DNA of 64,000 nucleotides from Candidatus Heimdallarchaeota archaeon (GTDB taxonomy: Archaea; Asgardarchaeota; Heimdallarchaeia; JABLTI01): the NCBI GenBank assembly GCA_018238155.1, contig JABCTZ010000046.1, positions 128,001 to 192,000 on the forward strand. The letters run 5' to 3'. Position 1 is the stretch's first letter; each line of letters begins with the position of its first letter. Below are positions 47,678-58,203 of this stretch, one piece after another. Under the pieces are notes generated by a model. The model ran no database searches. It was given only the letters and a program-made list of their open reading frames with translations, and was not told the DNA's origin. Made by a program: the position numbers and the translations under genes.

Positions 47678-49648
47678 TTGAGGTTGATTATTATCACAAT
47701 AACAGAAAGAAAAGCTTCAAAACGAGAAATAGCACTAACAAAACAGCAAAAAGAAATTAGAGACATCCCAAATTCACATGTTAAATGGTTAATTCAACGC
47801 ATATTCAAACAAAAATTCAGTGCTATTTTTGTCATTGTTGCATCTATTCTGTCCATTTGTCTTAACATGACTCGCCCAATAATTATGGGACTTCTCTTTG
47901 ACAAGTTAGAGTATTGGTATGAATATCATGCAGAATTTGGTATTGAACCTCCACTATCATTATACCTTTCCAAAATATGGTTGAATGGAGACATAGCCGT
48001 TTATATGTTATTAGTTTTGATTCTAGGATTAATCGCTTTTATAATTAATATTTCTCTTGGAATACTAAATGAGCGAGTTGCCCAAAGAACTGAAAGAGAT
48101 ATTCGCAATGATTTTTATGCCTCAGTGCAAAGCAAATCAATGGCATTTCATGATACTGCTAAAGTTGGAGAGCTTATGTCTCAAGCAACTTTTGATGTAA
48201 GAATGATTAATGTAACAATTTCTCCTGGTTTACGTATGATCACACAAGCAGTCTTAACTGCAAGTATTGCAATAAGTTTAACTTTTTATTACAGTTGGAA
48301 AATAGGTTTAATTCTAATTGGTATGTTACCATTCTATATTTGGACTGTAAGGAATTACTCAATCAATATTAAACCATTAACTGAAAAGGTTCAAACCCAA
48401 TTTGGTATTAGTAATGCATTATTACAAGAAAACGTTTCAGGTATAAGAGTTGTCAGAGCATTTACTGCAGAGAGACATGAATATAAACGATTTTCAAAAG
48501 AAATCGACACTCTCAGAGATGATATTATCAATAGAGGTAAACGACAAGCATTCTATCTTGCTCCTCTCGTTCTCTCAATAACTATTGCCATTTCTCTAGG
48601 TTTAAGTGTATTTTTTATTCGCCAAGGGCAAATGACCGTTGGAAATGCAATAGCAATCAATGGGTCTCTTATTCAATTATATGATCCCACATTTATGCTT
48701 TCTTGGGTAGTTTATTTAACAAATATGGGCATTGCAGGTGCTAAGAGAATATTAGGAACAATGAAAGAAGAAAGAATAATACTTGAAAATCCTGATGCGA
48801 AAGAATTAGAGAATGTAAAAGGTAAAATTGAATATCGCAATGTAAACTTTTGTTATCACACCCATCGAAAGAAAATTGATAGTACTGAAAATAAAGAAAA
48901 CACGAAAAAAGTTAGAAATACTTTGCAAGAAGTCACTTTCTCTGCAAAACCAGGAGATATAATAGCAATCTTAGGACCTACAGGATGTGGAAAATCAACC
49001 ATCACTAAATTGTTAGCAAGAATGTACGATCCAGATTCAGGTGAAATATTAATTGATGGACACAACATAAAAGATGTTACAATAGAATCTTTAAGAAAAA
49101 ATATTGGCGTTATTGAGCAAGATGTATTTCTTTTTTCGACTACTCTAAAAGAGAATATTGCCTATGGTCTTAATAGAGATGTCTCAGATGAAGAAGTAAT
49201 AGAATTTGCCAAAGCTGCTCAAGCACATGAATTCATTCTCTCATTTGATGAAGGCTATGATACTATTGTTGGAGAAAGAGGAGTTACACTCTCAGGCGGA
49301 CAAAAACAAAGGATTGCTATTGCACGAGCCTTTTTAGCTGATCCTAAAATACTTATTCTCGATGATTCTGCGTCAGCTATTGATGCTGAAACTGAAGAGA
49401 AAATTCAGAAAGCAATGAACAATCTTCTGCAAAATCGCACTGTGTTCATAATCACCCACCGTCTTTCTACAATTAAACGTGCAAACAAGATTATTGTTAT
49501 GAGAAAAGGAAAAATCGTTTCTCAAGGAAATCACGACCAACTCTTAAAAATGAGTGAAGATTACCGAAGAGTATTTGGTCGGCACATAAATTTGCCGCCA
49601 ATTGAGACAATTTCTACAGAAGAATTAGTTACGGGAGGAACAAAATAA
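47678..49648 (+). CDS. Heterodimeric ABC exporter subunit A (TMD+NBD, degenerate Walker B)
   Basis: GPTGCGKS, LSGGQ, ILDDSASAID (Asp in place of the catalytic Glu). Confidence 0.93.
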   Translation: MRLIIITITERKASKREIALTKQQKEIRDIPNSHVKWLIQRIFKQKFSAIFVIVASILSICLNMTRPIIMGLLFDKLEYWYEYHAEFGIEPPLSLYLSKIWLNGDIAVYMLLVLILGLIAFIINISLGILNERVAQRTERDIRNDFYASVQSKSMAFHDTAKVGELMSQATFDVRMINVTISPGLRMITQAVLTASIAISLTFYYSWKIGLILIGMLPFYIWTVRNYSINIKPLTEKVQTQFGISNALLQENVSGIRVVRAFTAERHEYKRFSKEIDTLRDDIINRGKRQAFYLAPLVLSITIAISLGLSVFFIRQGQMTVGNAIAINGSLIQLYDPTFMLSWVVYLTNMGIAGAKRILGTMKEERIILENPDAKELENVKGKIEYRNVNFCYHTHRKKIDSTENKENTKKVRNTLQEVTFSAKPGDIIAILGPTGCGKSTITKLLARMYDPDSGEILIDGHNIKDVTIESLRKNIGVIEQDVFLFSTTLKENIAYGLNRDVSDEEVIEFAKAAQAHEFILSFDEGYDTIVGERGVTLSGGQKQRIAIARAFLADPKILILDDSASAIDAETEEKIQKAMNNLLQNRTVFIITHRLSTIKRANKIIVMRKGKIVSQGNHDQLLKMSEDYRRVFGRHINLPPIETISTEELVTGGTK

Positions 49649-51453
49649 TGTCTTGGTTCGGTGTCGGAAGAAGCGAAGAAGAAGATGAAACAAAGTTCAC
49701 AGACAGAGAGCTGACTGTGAAAATGTTCAAATATATTTCCCCATACAAGAAAGCAATTATTGTTACAACATTGATTATCGTGATCAATACATTTCTAACT
49801 CTTTTACCTCCAATAATCATCAGTTCATTGCTTGATCGAGCAATTATGGAAGGAGTTAACCACGATACCTGGATAATAATTGGTTTAGTCGGGGCAAATA
49901 TTGGTATTAATATTCTAACTTGGTTGTTAGGAGATTATCTCAGAGTTGTTATTACAATAAAAACAGTTAGTAAATCAACAAGAAATTTACGTATGGATAT
50001 GTTTCAAAAACTACAAAATCATGATTTTAGATTCTTTGATACTCATATTACAGGTAAAATCATGTCTCGAGTAATGAATGACACAGATACACTTCGAGAT
50101 ACGCTATCATTTATTACACAGCTAATTGGAAATGTTCTCTTAATACTTGCATCCGCAGGAGTACTATTTTATCTTAATTGGAAGCTTGCTTTGGTCTCAT
50201 TAGCAATGACTCCTGTAGTATTCTTGGTAATGTATATTTATCGTAAAATAGTAAGAAGAACAATGCTCAACTGGAGAAAAACCGTTGCAGCAGTAAACGC
50301 TGCCATGGGTGAAAGTATTTCTGGAATCTCAGTCAGTAAATCATTCTCCCGGGAGAAGAAGAATCTCATAGATTTCAAGAAGATTAACAATGATAATTAC
50401 AAAGCATCCTTTAATCGTGCACTCACCTTTGCAACAATGTGGCCAATAATTGGATTTTTACAAGTAATAATTCTTGTAGCACTTTTAACATATGGTGGGC
50501 ACCTATCAATTATGGGATTAGAATTAACCTCAGGGCAACTTTATGCTTTCACGCTTTACCTTTGGCGATTTTTCTTCCCATTAACTCAAGTAGCAAACTT
50601 TTATTCTCAATTTCAAGCAGGATTAGCAGCTATGGGTAGGATATTTGGTTTAATGGAAGTTGAGTCAGAAGTAAAGCAAGTTGAAGAACCGATAATCATA
50701 CCAGAATTTAAAGGAGAAATTGAGTTCAAAAATATGGATTTCTGGTACAATGAAAAAGAACCAATATTCAAGAATTTCTCCCTAAAAATAAAGGCTGGGG
50801 AAAAAATTGCTATTGTTGGTCAAACAGGAGCAGGGAAAACGACTCTTGCATCCCTTATCGCAAGGTTTTATGAGATTAAAGGAGGACAGATACTAATTGA
50901 CGGAGTAGATATGCGCGAGTTGCACATTCAATGGTATCGTCAACAAGTTTCTCTTGTACTCCAAGATAGCTTTTTGTTTGCAGGGTCAATAAAAGAAAAT
51001 ATCAAGTTTGGTAGAATCTGGGATAGCCCCACTGAAAAAGAAATCTTTGCTGCAGCAGAAGCAGTGCAAGCAACTGAATTTATTGAGGACTTCCCTGAAG
51101 GGTTCGAAACAGACGTGCTTGAACGTGGAAAAAGATTGTCTACTGGACAAAGACAATTGGTTACCTTTGCTCGAGCTTTACTTGCCGATTCAAAGATTTT
51201 GATATTAGACGAAGCAACAGCTAGTGTTGATGCTTACACTGAAGCAATGATCCAAGATGCTCTTGATACCATAATGGAGAATCGAACTTCAATTGTTATC
51301 GCCCATCGATTATCAACAATAAAAAATGTAGACAAAATCATAATGATAGAAAAAGGTGAAATTGTTGAAATAGGTAATCATAATCAGCTCCTCAAAAAGA
51401 AAGGAAAATATGCCGAGCTCTTTGAAACCTACTTCAAACATCAATCACTTTAA
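49648..51453 (+). CDS. Heterodimeric ABC exporter subunit B (TMD+NBD)
   Basis: GQTGAGKT, LSTGQ, ILDEATASVD, AHR. TAATG overlap with subunit A. Confidence 0.93.
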   Translation: MSWFGVGRSEEEDETKFTDRELTVKMFKYISPYKKAIIVTTLIIVINTFLTLLPPIIISSLLDRAIMEGVNHDTWIIIGLVGANIGINILTWLLGDYLRVVITIKTVSKSTRNLRMDMFQKLQNHDFRFFDTHITGKIMSRVMNDTDTLRDTLSFITQLIGNVLLILASAGVLFYLNWKLALVSLAMTPVVFLVMYIYRKIVRRTMLNWRKTVAAVNAAMGESISGISVSKSFSREKKNLIDFKKINNDNYKASFNRALTFATMWPIIGFLQVIILVALLTYGGHLSIMGLELTSGQLYAFTLYLWRFFFPLTQVANFYSQFQAGLAAMGRIFGLMEVESEVKQVEEPIIIPEFKGEIEFKNMDFWYNEKEPIFKNFSLKIKAGEKIAIVGQTGAGKTTLASLIARFYEIKGGQILIDGVDMRELHIQWYRQQVSLVLQDSFLFAGSIKENIKFGRIWDSPTEKEIFAAAEAVQATEFIEDFPEGFETDVLERGKRLSTGQRQLVTFARALLADSKILILDEATASVDAYTEAMIQDALDTIMENRTSIVIAHRLSTIKNVDKIIMIEKGEIVEIGNHNQLLKKKGKYAELFETYFKHQSL

Positions 51454-51480
51454 TTTCTCTTTTTTTCCTGTTTAACTATG

Positions 51481-52431
51481 TTAAATCCAAAACATAATGA
51501 AAAAACCGATTACTTCAACACCAATGCAAGCAGTGACAATATTGAAAACTAGTAAATCGGTTTTCCAGTTTTTCTTCCACAGTAATATAAAAGCAACTAA
51601 ACCAATTAGCATTGATAAAACGATTGTTATCAAAAATGCCCAGATATTGAGATCATATAACAAGAAAACTATGAATAATATTCCTTCGATCAACAATATA
51701 CCTATCCAGTAAAATATTGTTGAAAGCTTCTTACCTAGAAAGACGGCAAAGTTTCTCTTTCCATGTTCAATATCATACTCTAAATCAGGCAATTCGTTTG
51801 CAATATGTGCTGGAAAACTTACAAAGACTATTATTGGCAGAATCCACAAATATTTCAAATCGAATCCTCCAAAAGTAATCCAAATATAAGTTGGAATTAA
51901 AGGAAACCCAAGCATAAAGGGAATAATACTTATCGGTTGATGTTTTGCATAGACATTATAAAAAATACCAACTAGATTTGCTCCTTGAACATAGAGAACA
52001 CCCCAAAAATTTGTTATCGACCAGAATCCCACTCCAATAGAAAATCCAGTAAACAATATAAAACATACTATCCCAAACCAAAATGCAAAAGTTGCACTTA
52101 CCCATTCATCACTAATAGCTTTACTTTTTTTATATAGTGAATCAATTTCTCTGTCAAGATAATCATTCTGTATCCCACAAAATGCTTGTTGGAAGAATAT
52201 AGTGAGTATTAAAAAAATCAAAGGAGTAATTGGAATTATTCCATTTGAGATATTTTGAAATAGTTCATCAAAAGTTCCATTGCCTTTCAATGTCAATATA
52301 GCTACACATGCTCCAATTGTGGTCCCGGTTATAACGGGGAGAAAATGCATTAATCTGAATGCACCAATAAAACCTTTTACAAATCTGAATCGATTATTTT
52401 GATAGGTAGTAATATCTGACATACTAGTCAC
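51481..52431 (-). CDS. UbiA family prenyltransferase
   Basis: NDYLDREID and NELPDLEYD Asp-rich motifs; multi-TM. Confidence 0.88.
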   Translation of the reverse strand: MTSMSDITTYQNNRFRFVKGFIGAFRLMHFLPVITGTTIGACVAILTLKGNGTFDELFQNISNGIIPITPLIFLILTIFFQQAFCGIQNDYLDREIDSLYKKSKAISDEWVSATFAFWFGIVCFILFTGFSIGVGFWSITNFWGVLYVQGANLVGIFYNVYAKHQPISIIPFMLGFPLIPTYIWITFGGFDLKYLWILPIIVFVSFPAHIANELPDLEYDIEHGKRNFAVFLGKKLSTIFYWIGILLIEGILFIVFLLYDLNIWAFLITIVLSMLIGLVAFILLWKKNWKTDLLVFNIVTACIGVEVIGFFIMFWI

Positions 52432-52502
52432 AAATTAGTTATTAAAATAACAGTATATTAATTTTTACTGTTAAAAATTAAACAGCAAAGTACATTACAT
52501 AC

Positions 52503-53483
52503 TTATAGCTTCATTTTTCTAATAATTATTGCGATAACAATTGTCACAACCAATATTGTGACCATAAATATCCAAAATGGAGCTGTTGTAAAGATCAACC
52601 CGGGATCTTGAGCAAATTCCTTAAAATTCACTCCACCAATTGATGCAATTAGATTTGGAATTGATATCACTGCTGTAAGTACAGCAATTAATCTCATAGT
52701 ATCATTCATTCGATTTGATGCAGATGAAAGATAAATTTCAACAATGCTACTCACACGATCTCGATAAGAAGAACTAAGATCATTCGCTTCCAAAATGTGG
52801 TCATAAACATCTGCGAAATATGTTTTTGCGGTCATACTGATTAATGGAGTATCATCAACAGCCAATTCCCTTAAGACTATTCTTTGAGGTCTTATTGCTT
52901 TTAAAATAATTAATATATTTGTTCGTAAGTCAAAAGTAGTATCTAGAACTTCTGTTTCAGGTTTATGAACAACAATTTCTTCAATATCTTCGATTAAATC
53001 TTCTATTTCCTCAAGTAAATCTAAATAGCTATCAATAAAAGTATCAATAACAACATAAGCTAAAAATGCCGCATGACGACCGATTATTCGAGTGTTTTTC
53101 AGCAAGATTTTATTATGAACAGATTTAAGGCTCATACCACCTCTTCGTTCTCGAATAGTAATTACAAAATTTTTCCCCAAATAAATAGCTATTTGATATT
53201 GATCTAATTCATTTTCTTCTTCTGGAAGTTTCCGAACACCAGCTAATATAATAAACAAATAATTGGGATATTCTTCCATTTTAGGGCGCTGATTAGCTTC
53301 TAAGCAATCCTCTATTGTTAATGAATGAAATTTGAATATTTTTTGAAGTGTGTTTAATTCATCTACTGATGGCTCAATGACATCAATCCAAATTACACCT
53401 AGATTCTCTTGAACAGCTTTTTCCATATCTAATTCGTGTAGAATTGAATCATTTTCGGAATAAGATAATATTCTTTTTATCAT
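52503..53483 (-). CDS. corA: CorA family Mg2+/Co2+ transporter
   Basis: WIDV, FHSLTIED, QRPKME, DVYDH, MNDTMR. GVNF in place of GMNF. Confidence 0.9.
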   Translation of the reverse strand: MIKRILSYSENDSILHELDMEKAVQENLGVIWIDVIEPSVDELNTLQKIFKFHSLTIEDCLEANQRPKMEEYPNYLFIILAGVRKLPEEENELDQYQIAIYLGKNFVITIRERRGGMSLKSVHNKILLKNTRIIGRHAAFLAYVVIDTFIDSYLDLLEEIEDLIEDIEEIVVHKPETEVLDTTFDLRTNILIILKAIRPQRIVLRELAVDDTPLISMTAKTYFADVYDHILEANDLSSSYRDRVSSIVEIYLSSASNRMNDTMRLIAVLTAVISIPNLIASIGGVNFKEFAQDPGLIFTTAPFWIFMVTILVVTIVIAIIIRKMKL

Positions 53484-53527
53484 TTTTGCACTTCATTATT
53501 ATTCAGTAATAAACTTGTATTTCAAGG

Positions 53528-53932
53528 TTAATCTTTTTGTTGTATTATTTCAAAGAGATTTTCATCAGGATCTTTTAACAAGAATGAAATAAACTGTTCT
53601 TGGACATAAATTTCAGTGTCTTGAGAAATTAATTCATTATCTTTACAATGTTGAAGAAAGCTAGCGATATCATCTACTTCTATTGCAAATACACCACCTT
53701 TTCTTATTGGAGCTCCATCATTGAGAGGTTCTGGATAAAGATAATAAGCGGTATTTGGTCCTCCATCTCGATAGCTGAAAATCAACAGCTTTTCATTTTC
53801 AACTAATGGAGATAGACCTAATTTAGTCATAAAAGATTTGGTTTGAGCTAAATCAGTTGAATGTAACCAAGTAGAAATGATTTTTGCTAATTTCATTGAC
53901 TTTTCCTCAAATTTTCTATCTACCTTACTCAA
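53528..53932 (-). CDS. VOC/glyoxalase family protein
   Basis: STDLAQTKSFMTKLG, FAIEVDD, LKDPDENLFEI. Confidence 0.8.
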   Translation of the reverse strand: MSKVDRKFEEKSMKLAKIISTWLHSTDLAQTKSFMTKLGLSPLVENEKLLIFSYRDGGPNTAYYLYPEPLNDGAPIRKGGVFAIEVDDIASFLQHCKDNELISQDTEIYVQEQFISFLLKDPDENLFEIIQQKD

Positions 53933-54287
53933 GACTTTTTTTACTTAAAAATAATTACCTTAAAGTTATTTTTTTTGTTAATAATTCTATATATTGATGT
54001 TAAAATCATGAGTGTTAATTGAAAAGATTAGTATAATCAAATTTTGATAAAAGCTCCGGAATATTATAAAAGAGAAGAAATAATAATCACTTCGTAAAAC
54101 ATCAAAAATAAAGGCTATGACATTTGCATACCATTAATTTTGAAGAAAAAGTTCAAATCAAAAGCTACTCTTTATTAAGATGACAACATAATCTTTTAAG
54201 GTAATCTTATCAATATTACTAAGTGTTAAATACCAATATTACTATAATAATTCAATATCTATGATTTACAAAACTGGACGTGAATAA

Positions 54288-54773
54288 CAAACGACAGAAA
54301 TACAATCAAATACGATAAAGAACAAAGATATTTCTGAAAATGTAGATCAAATATCTGCTGGTGGAGTTGTTTATCGTCAATGCGATGATAACAAAGTCAG
54401 AGTTGCTTTAATCAGAGATCAAAATACTCACAACTGGATTCTCCCAAAAGGTCGGATAGAGGACGGTGAAACTCTAGAAGATACATCAATTAGAGAAGTA
54501 AAGGAAGAAACAGGGCTCCAGGGTATTAAACTCGTTGAAAAAATTGGTAAAACAAACTATTGGTTTAGAACAAAAAGCAAAGATAAATTCACCAAAGAAG
54601 TTCATTTCTTCTTGTACGAAGATGAGACCTGCGAAGGTAAAATTCAGGTAGAAGCGGATCATTTTGACAAAGGTCAATGGTTTACCAAAGATGAAGCAAT
54701 TAAGAAAATAGGTTTCATTGCTCAACGGAAGATTCTTCATAAAGCCTTTAAATTAATTGAAGATGGAACATAA
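54288..54773 (+). CDS. Nudix hydrolase (Ap4A hydrolase-like); start codon unclear
   Basis: Not in the ORF track. Hand translation: ...QISAGGVVYR...WILPKGRIEDGETLEDTSIREVKEETGL...KEVHFFLY...*, with a complete Nudix box. Confidence 0.85.
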   Translation, partial: QTTEIQSNTIKNKDISENVDQISAGGVVYRQCDDNKVRVALIRDQNTHNWILPKGRIEDGETLEDTSIREVKEETGLQGIKLVEKIGKTNYWFRTKSKDKFTKEVHFFLYEDETCEGKIQVEADHFDKGQWFTKDEAIKKIGFIAQRKILHKAFKLIEDGT

Positions 54774-55009
54774 TAATCCCTCTTTCTCCCCTTTTTACTT
54801 GTTTTATTCCAGTTATTGATTTCTTCAACAAAATAAAAGCCTAACTTCAATAAATATAAAAAAGGTTTTTTCATTCTATTTTGCAAATAAAAACACAGTT
54901 TAAGTCAAAAAAAGCAAAATAATGTGAAAAACTATTTATAAAGCAAGCTTCAAATAACAATTAGCTTCGGTGAAAAAACCCGAGGTAAAAAATTTGAGGA
55001 TAAAATATC

Positions 55010-55315
55010 ATGGATGAAACCTGTTCAAAATGTGGACTTCCGAAAGAACTGTGCATGTGTCAAGCAATAGCAAAAGAAGAACAAAGAATTAAAGTTCGAA
55101 TTGAAACTCGAAAATGGGGAAGAGAAGTAACGATGATAAAAGGACTCAACCCGAAAGAGGTTGACGTTCAAGCGTTAACTACTAAGCTTAAAAATAAGTG
55201 TGCTTGTGGTGGCACTTCTAAAGAAGGAGTCATTGAGCTTCAAGGTGACCACAGACATCGAATTAAGAAACTGTTAACTGCTGAAGGATATGATGAATCA
55301 AATATCGATATTTAG
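55010..55315 (+). CDS. sui1: Translation initiation factor aIF1/SUI1 (YciH)
   Basis: [38 protein letters not shown]. Confidence 0.95.
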   Translation: MDETCSKCGLPKELCMCQAIAKEEQRIKVRIETRKWGREVTMIKGLNPKEVDVQALTTKLKNKCACGGTSKEGVIELQGDHRHRIKKLLTAEGYDESNIDI

Positions 55316-55445
55316 TTATCAATATTCAAATGATATTTCACAGAAAATTTAGCAAAAGCTTTGAGTATCAATACAAAAGATTCTTTGTCGGAAGCCATAA
55401 TTTGGTTGGAATTCTTCCGACCTATTATCTTATTTTTCAAAATTG

Positions 55446-57464
55446 TCAATCTATTTTCATATAGCTATCTCCAGGAAGAATGGTTATTAATTCATCTAGG
55501 GCAGTTGCTTTTATTTTAGTCTTTGAAGCAAAATCAATATTTTTTATGAATTTTGCAACTATTTGTTTTGACATTTTACTTTTGATTGTTCCACCTGGTA
55601 CGACCTTAATGATTTTAAGCTTGTCTATGTCCTTCCTAGAAACCAATGCAGAAAATGGTCCACTTAAAACAAAAGCATTTTTTTCTTGAATCATAGGATA
55701 AACAGCTAATTCCAATGGAACATTTTTCAGAATATTTTTTGAGCCTTTAATTATAAAAGACCCTTTTGCTAGATATTCACCCGATGGCGCAGAAAACGTT
55801 ACTTGATCGGGTGTAACCCAAAATGTATCCTCAGCACTAACTCCATCTTTCCATGCTCTTGAATAGCAAACTGAGAACACTGCAGCTTCATCTATAGTAG
55901 ATTGTGGGATTGTTTTACCTTCGCCTTTAATTATAACAACAGCAGCACCATGGATTTCTGCATGGAGAAAAAGATCATCTTGGTCTAAATATCTCTTCAC
56001 GAGATCAAGATTAGTTCTTTGATCCTTTCCAGCAATCACCAAATGACCATCAGATGATTTAAACCAGTGGTACTTTTCAAACCATTCTTTCTTTCGTTTC
56101 TCGATCATTACTTTCTCTCTTTGAACTAATTCTTCATATCCTTCTTCGAGTTTCTTAATTCTTTCAGTTAATTCATCTATTTTCTTTTGTGCACCCGGAA
56201 TTTTGCTTTCAGATTTTTTCGCTTGCTTGTACATTGCACTAGCGTTCTCTGAACCTGTTTTAAGAAAATCTAAAACAACCTCAACGCCATCTAATTTTAC
56301 AATTACCGTTTTCTGTTTTTCTTGCACTTTTTTAAGGAGCCTTGCACCTTTCATTTCTTTTTTCTTGGCTTCATCCAATTTTTCTTTTATTTCTTTCCAG
56401 GGAATATTCTTATGACGAGCAGTTGTAATAGTTGATAAGAGTTCATCAATTTCACCAAGATAAAGGTACATTAACGCACCCTTTGCTTTCTCTTTCTCAG
56501 CAATTTTATTCATTGACTTTAGATGCTCTTCTTGTTTACGTTTTACTTGTACTATCTGAGCAACCCTTCTCTTTTCTGCCGTTAGCTCTACGTTAGAATC
56601 TTTATTGGACTCCATTGTGCTGAAATGTTCATCCAATGCATCACTAAAAATGTCTTGTTCAATTACCGTATCGTCTTTATATTTTAGCATTGGAAATGGA
56701 GTGATGTCAACCAATTCATTTGTTTCAGACTTTCGATAAGTTGTGGGATTAAATTCTCCTTTTGAAAGGGTTTTTCGCATTTTCTTTATTTGTTTAGTAA
56801 TGCTCTCTAATTGCTCATCAGTCATTTCTGATGATTTAATTTTAGGATCAACTTTCCCACGTAAAATCAACTCGAGAGAATAGTCCTTATTGATATTCAC
56901 TGTTCTAGAAAGAGCACTAACTATATCAGTATCTTTCTTATCCTTTAGCTCAGTTTTAACCCAATCTAAATCAGCTTCAAGTAAGTTCCTTCCAGAGGAA
57001 GGTGGAAATGCAAAATTAACCCCAGGGTGAATATCTCTATCTCTCATTTTCTTATAATGCTTAGCAACCAAGATACGATTCTCAGGACTGAGTAAAATCA
57101 AATTACCTTTCCCAAAAAGTTCGATAATAAGTGTATAAACACGTTCATGTGCTTCAAATTCTAAAACACAGATACGATCAAAATCGTACTGAGCTACGCT
57201 TTTGAGCCATTTACCTTTAATATGGATTCTAAAAACTTTGCAGAGACCTGATGGTTCGGGTGGGAAATTACGTTTAAATTTGGTGATATGTATTCTTTTT
57301 CCAGGTTCAACAACCAGTACTAGTGTCCCTTCTTTTTTCGTTCTAAATCTAAAAAAGAATATATCGTTAAGTTCAAATATGTTTTTAAGTTCACTACCAC
57401 CTATTCGGTGTGTAAGTTCAGCTATTACAGCATGTATATCGAAATTGGTCATATATGCTTTCAT
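55446..57464 (-). CDS. rqcH: Ribosome quality-control protein RqcH/Rqc2 (NFACT family)
   Basis: MTNFD, QYDFDRI, IELFGKGNLIL, coiled coil, WFEKYHWF, AGKD, HAEIHGA, SGEYLAKGSFII. Confidence 0.93.
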   Translation of the reverse strand: MKAYMTNFDIHAVIAELTHRIGGSELKNIFELNDIFFFRFRTKKEGTLVLVVEPGKRIHITKFKRNFPPEPSGLCKVFRIHIKGKWLKSVAQYDFDRICVLEFEAHERVYTLIIELFGKGNLILLSPENRILVAKHYKKMRDRDIHPGVNFAFPPSSGRNLLEADLDWVKTELKDKKDTDIVSALSRTVNINKDYSLELILRGKVDPKIKSSEMTDEQLESITKQIKKMRKTLSKGEFNPTTYRKSETNELVDITPFPMLKYKDDTVIEQDIFSDALDEHFSTMESNKDSNVELTAEKRRVAQIVQVKRKQEEHLKSMNKIAEKEKAKGALMYLYLGEIDELLSTITTARHKNIPWKEIKEKLDEAKKKEMKGARLLKKVQEKQKTVIVKLDGVEVVLDFLKTGSENASAMYKQAKKSESKIPGAQKKIDELTERIKKLEEGYEELVQREKVMIEKRKKEWFEKYHWFKSSDGHLVIAGKDQRTNLDLVKRYLDQDDLFLHAEIHGAAVVIIKGEGKTIPQSTIDEAAVFSVCYSRAWKDGVSAEDTFWVTPDQVTFSAPSGEYLAKGSFIIKGSKNILKNVPLELAVYPMIQEKNAFVLSGPFSALVSRKDIDKLKIIKVVPGGTIKSKMSKQIVAKFIKNIDFASKTKIKATALDELITILPGDSYMKID

Positions 57465-57478
57465 CGAGGTCACCAACT

Positions 57479-58141
57479 ATGGATAAAAAATCAAAGAAAG
57501 AAAAAGGTTCCTCAAAATCTAATAAGGAAATGCCATTAGACGAAGAAGTAGATTTGAGTGAATATGAGGAAACCAAACCAACAGATAAAGTAAATTACGA
57601 CGAATACGAGATTCCAGAAGATTTTGTTCCACCTGAAGATGAGATTGAAGAAAATCTAAATTGGTTCCAACGAAGAAGAAAAGCTCTCGGTGAGATGGAT
57701 AATTACCAAAGGCTTTACTGGATTAAAATTCTGAGTGGTATTATTACGGGCATGATTTTAGGTATTGCAGGTGCTCAAACAGCTTGGTGGATTATCTTGT
57801 TGGTCGGACAATACGCGATTATTACAGGTGGAGGCTACTTATTATTCAAATTAGAATGGAATGCAAAAGAAGTTCTGCTAAGTGGATTTTTCCCATATCT
57901 TGCATTATTTGTACTTTTTTGGACGTTAATGTTTACTTCATTTTATACTCCAACAATGAGTGATTGGATGCAATTATTATATGTTACAACAACTGTTAAT
58001 GAAACTTCTACAACTTACGTTTCAACATTCATTGAGTCTACAACTGCAGCAGGATTTCCAATACTTGAGATTGCTTTTATCACAGCCATGTGTTTAGGAT
58101 TATTACAGCATCTCCTGCGACGAAGAAGAGAATTAAATTGA
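57479..58141 (+). CDS. EMC6/RAB5IF-like three-TM protein with a C-terminal Thr-rich linker and GF-TM-basic tail
   Basis: LYWIKILSGIITGMILG...LLSGFFPYLALFVLFWTLMFT matches the EMC6 pattern. Tail TTAAGFPILEIAF...LLRRRR. Confidence 0.65.
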   Translation: MDKKSKKEKGSSKSNKEMPLDEEVDLSEYEETKPTDKVNYDEYEIPEDFVPPEDEIEENLNWFQRRRKALGEMDNYQRLYWIKILSGIITGMILGIAGAQTAWWIILLVGQYAIITGGGYLLFKLEWNAKEVLLSGFFPYLALFVLFWTLMFTSFYTPTMSDWMQLLYVTTTVNETSTTYVSTFIESTTAAGFPILEIAFITAMCLGLLQHLLRRRRELN

Positions 58142-58203
58142 ATATGTGTTTGAAGCAAATTAAATGCTTCATACAATTTTTCTGTTTTTTTAACTAAGAA
58201 AAA

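Noticed and set aside
47678-51453. Degenerate ATPase motifs as a novelty
   Set aside because: One degenerate and one consensus site is the established pattern of heterodimeric ABC exporters (TM287/288, TmrAB type).
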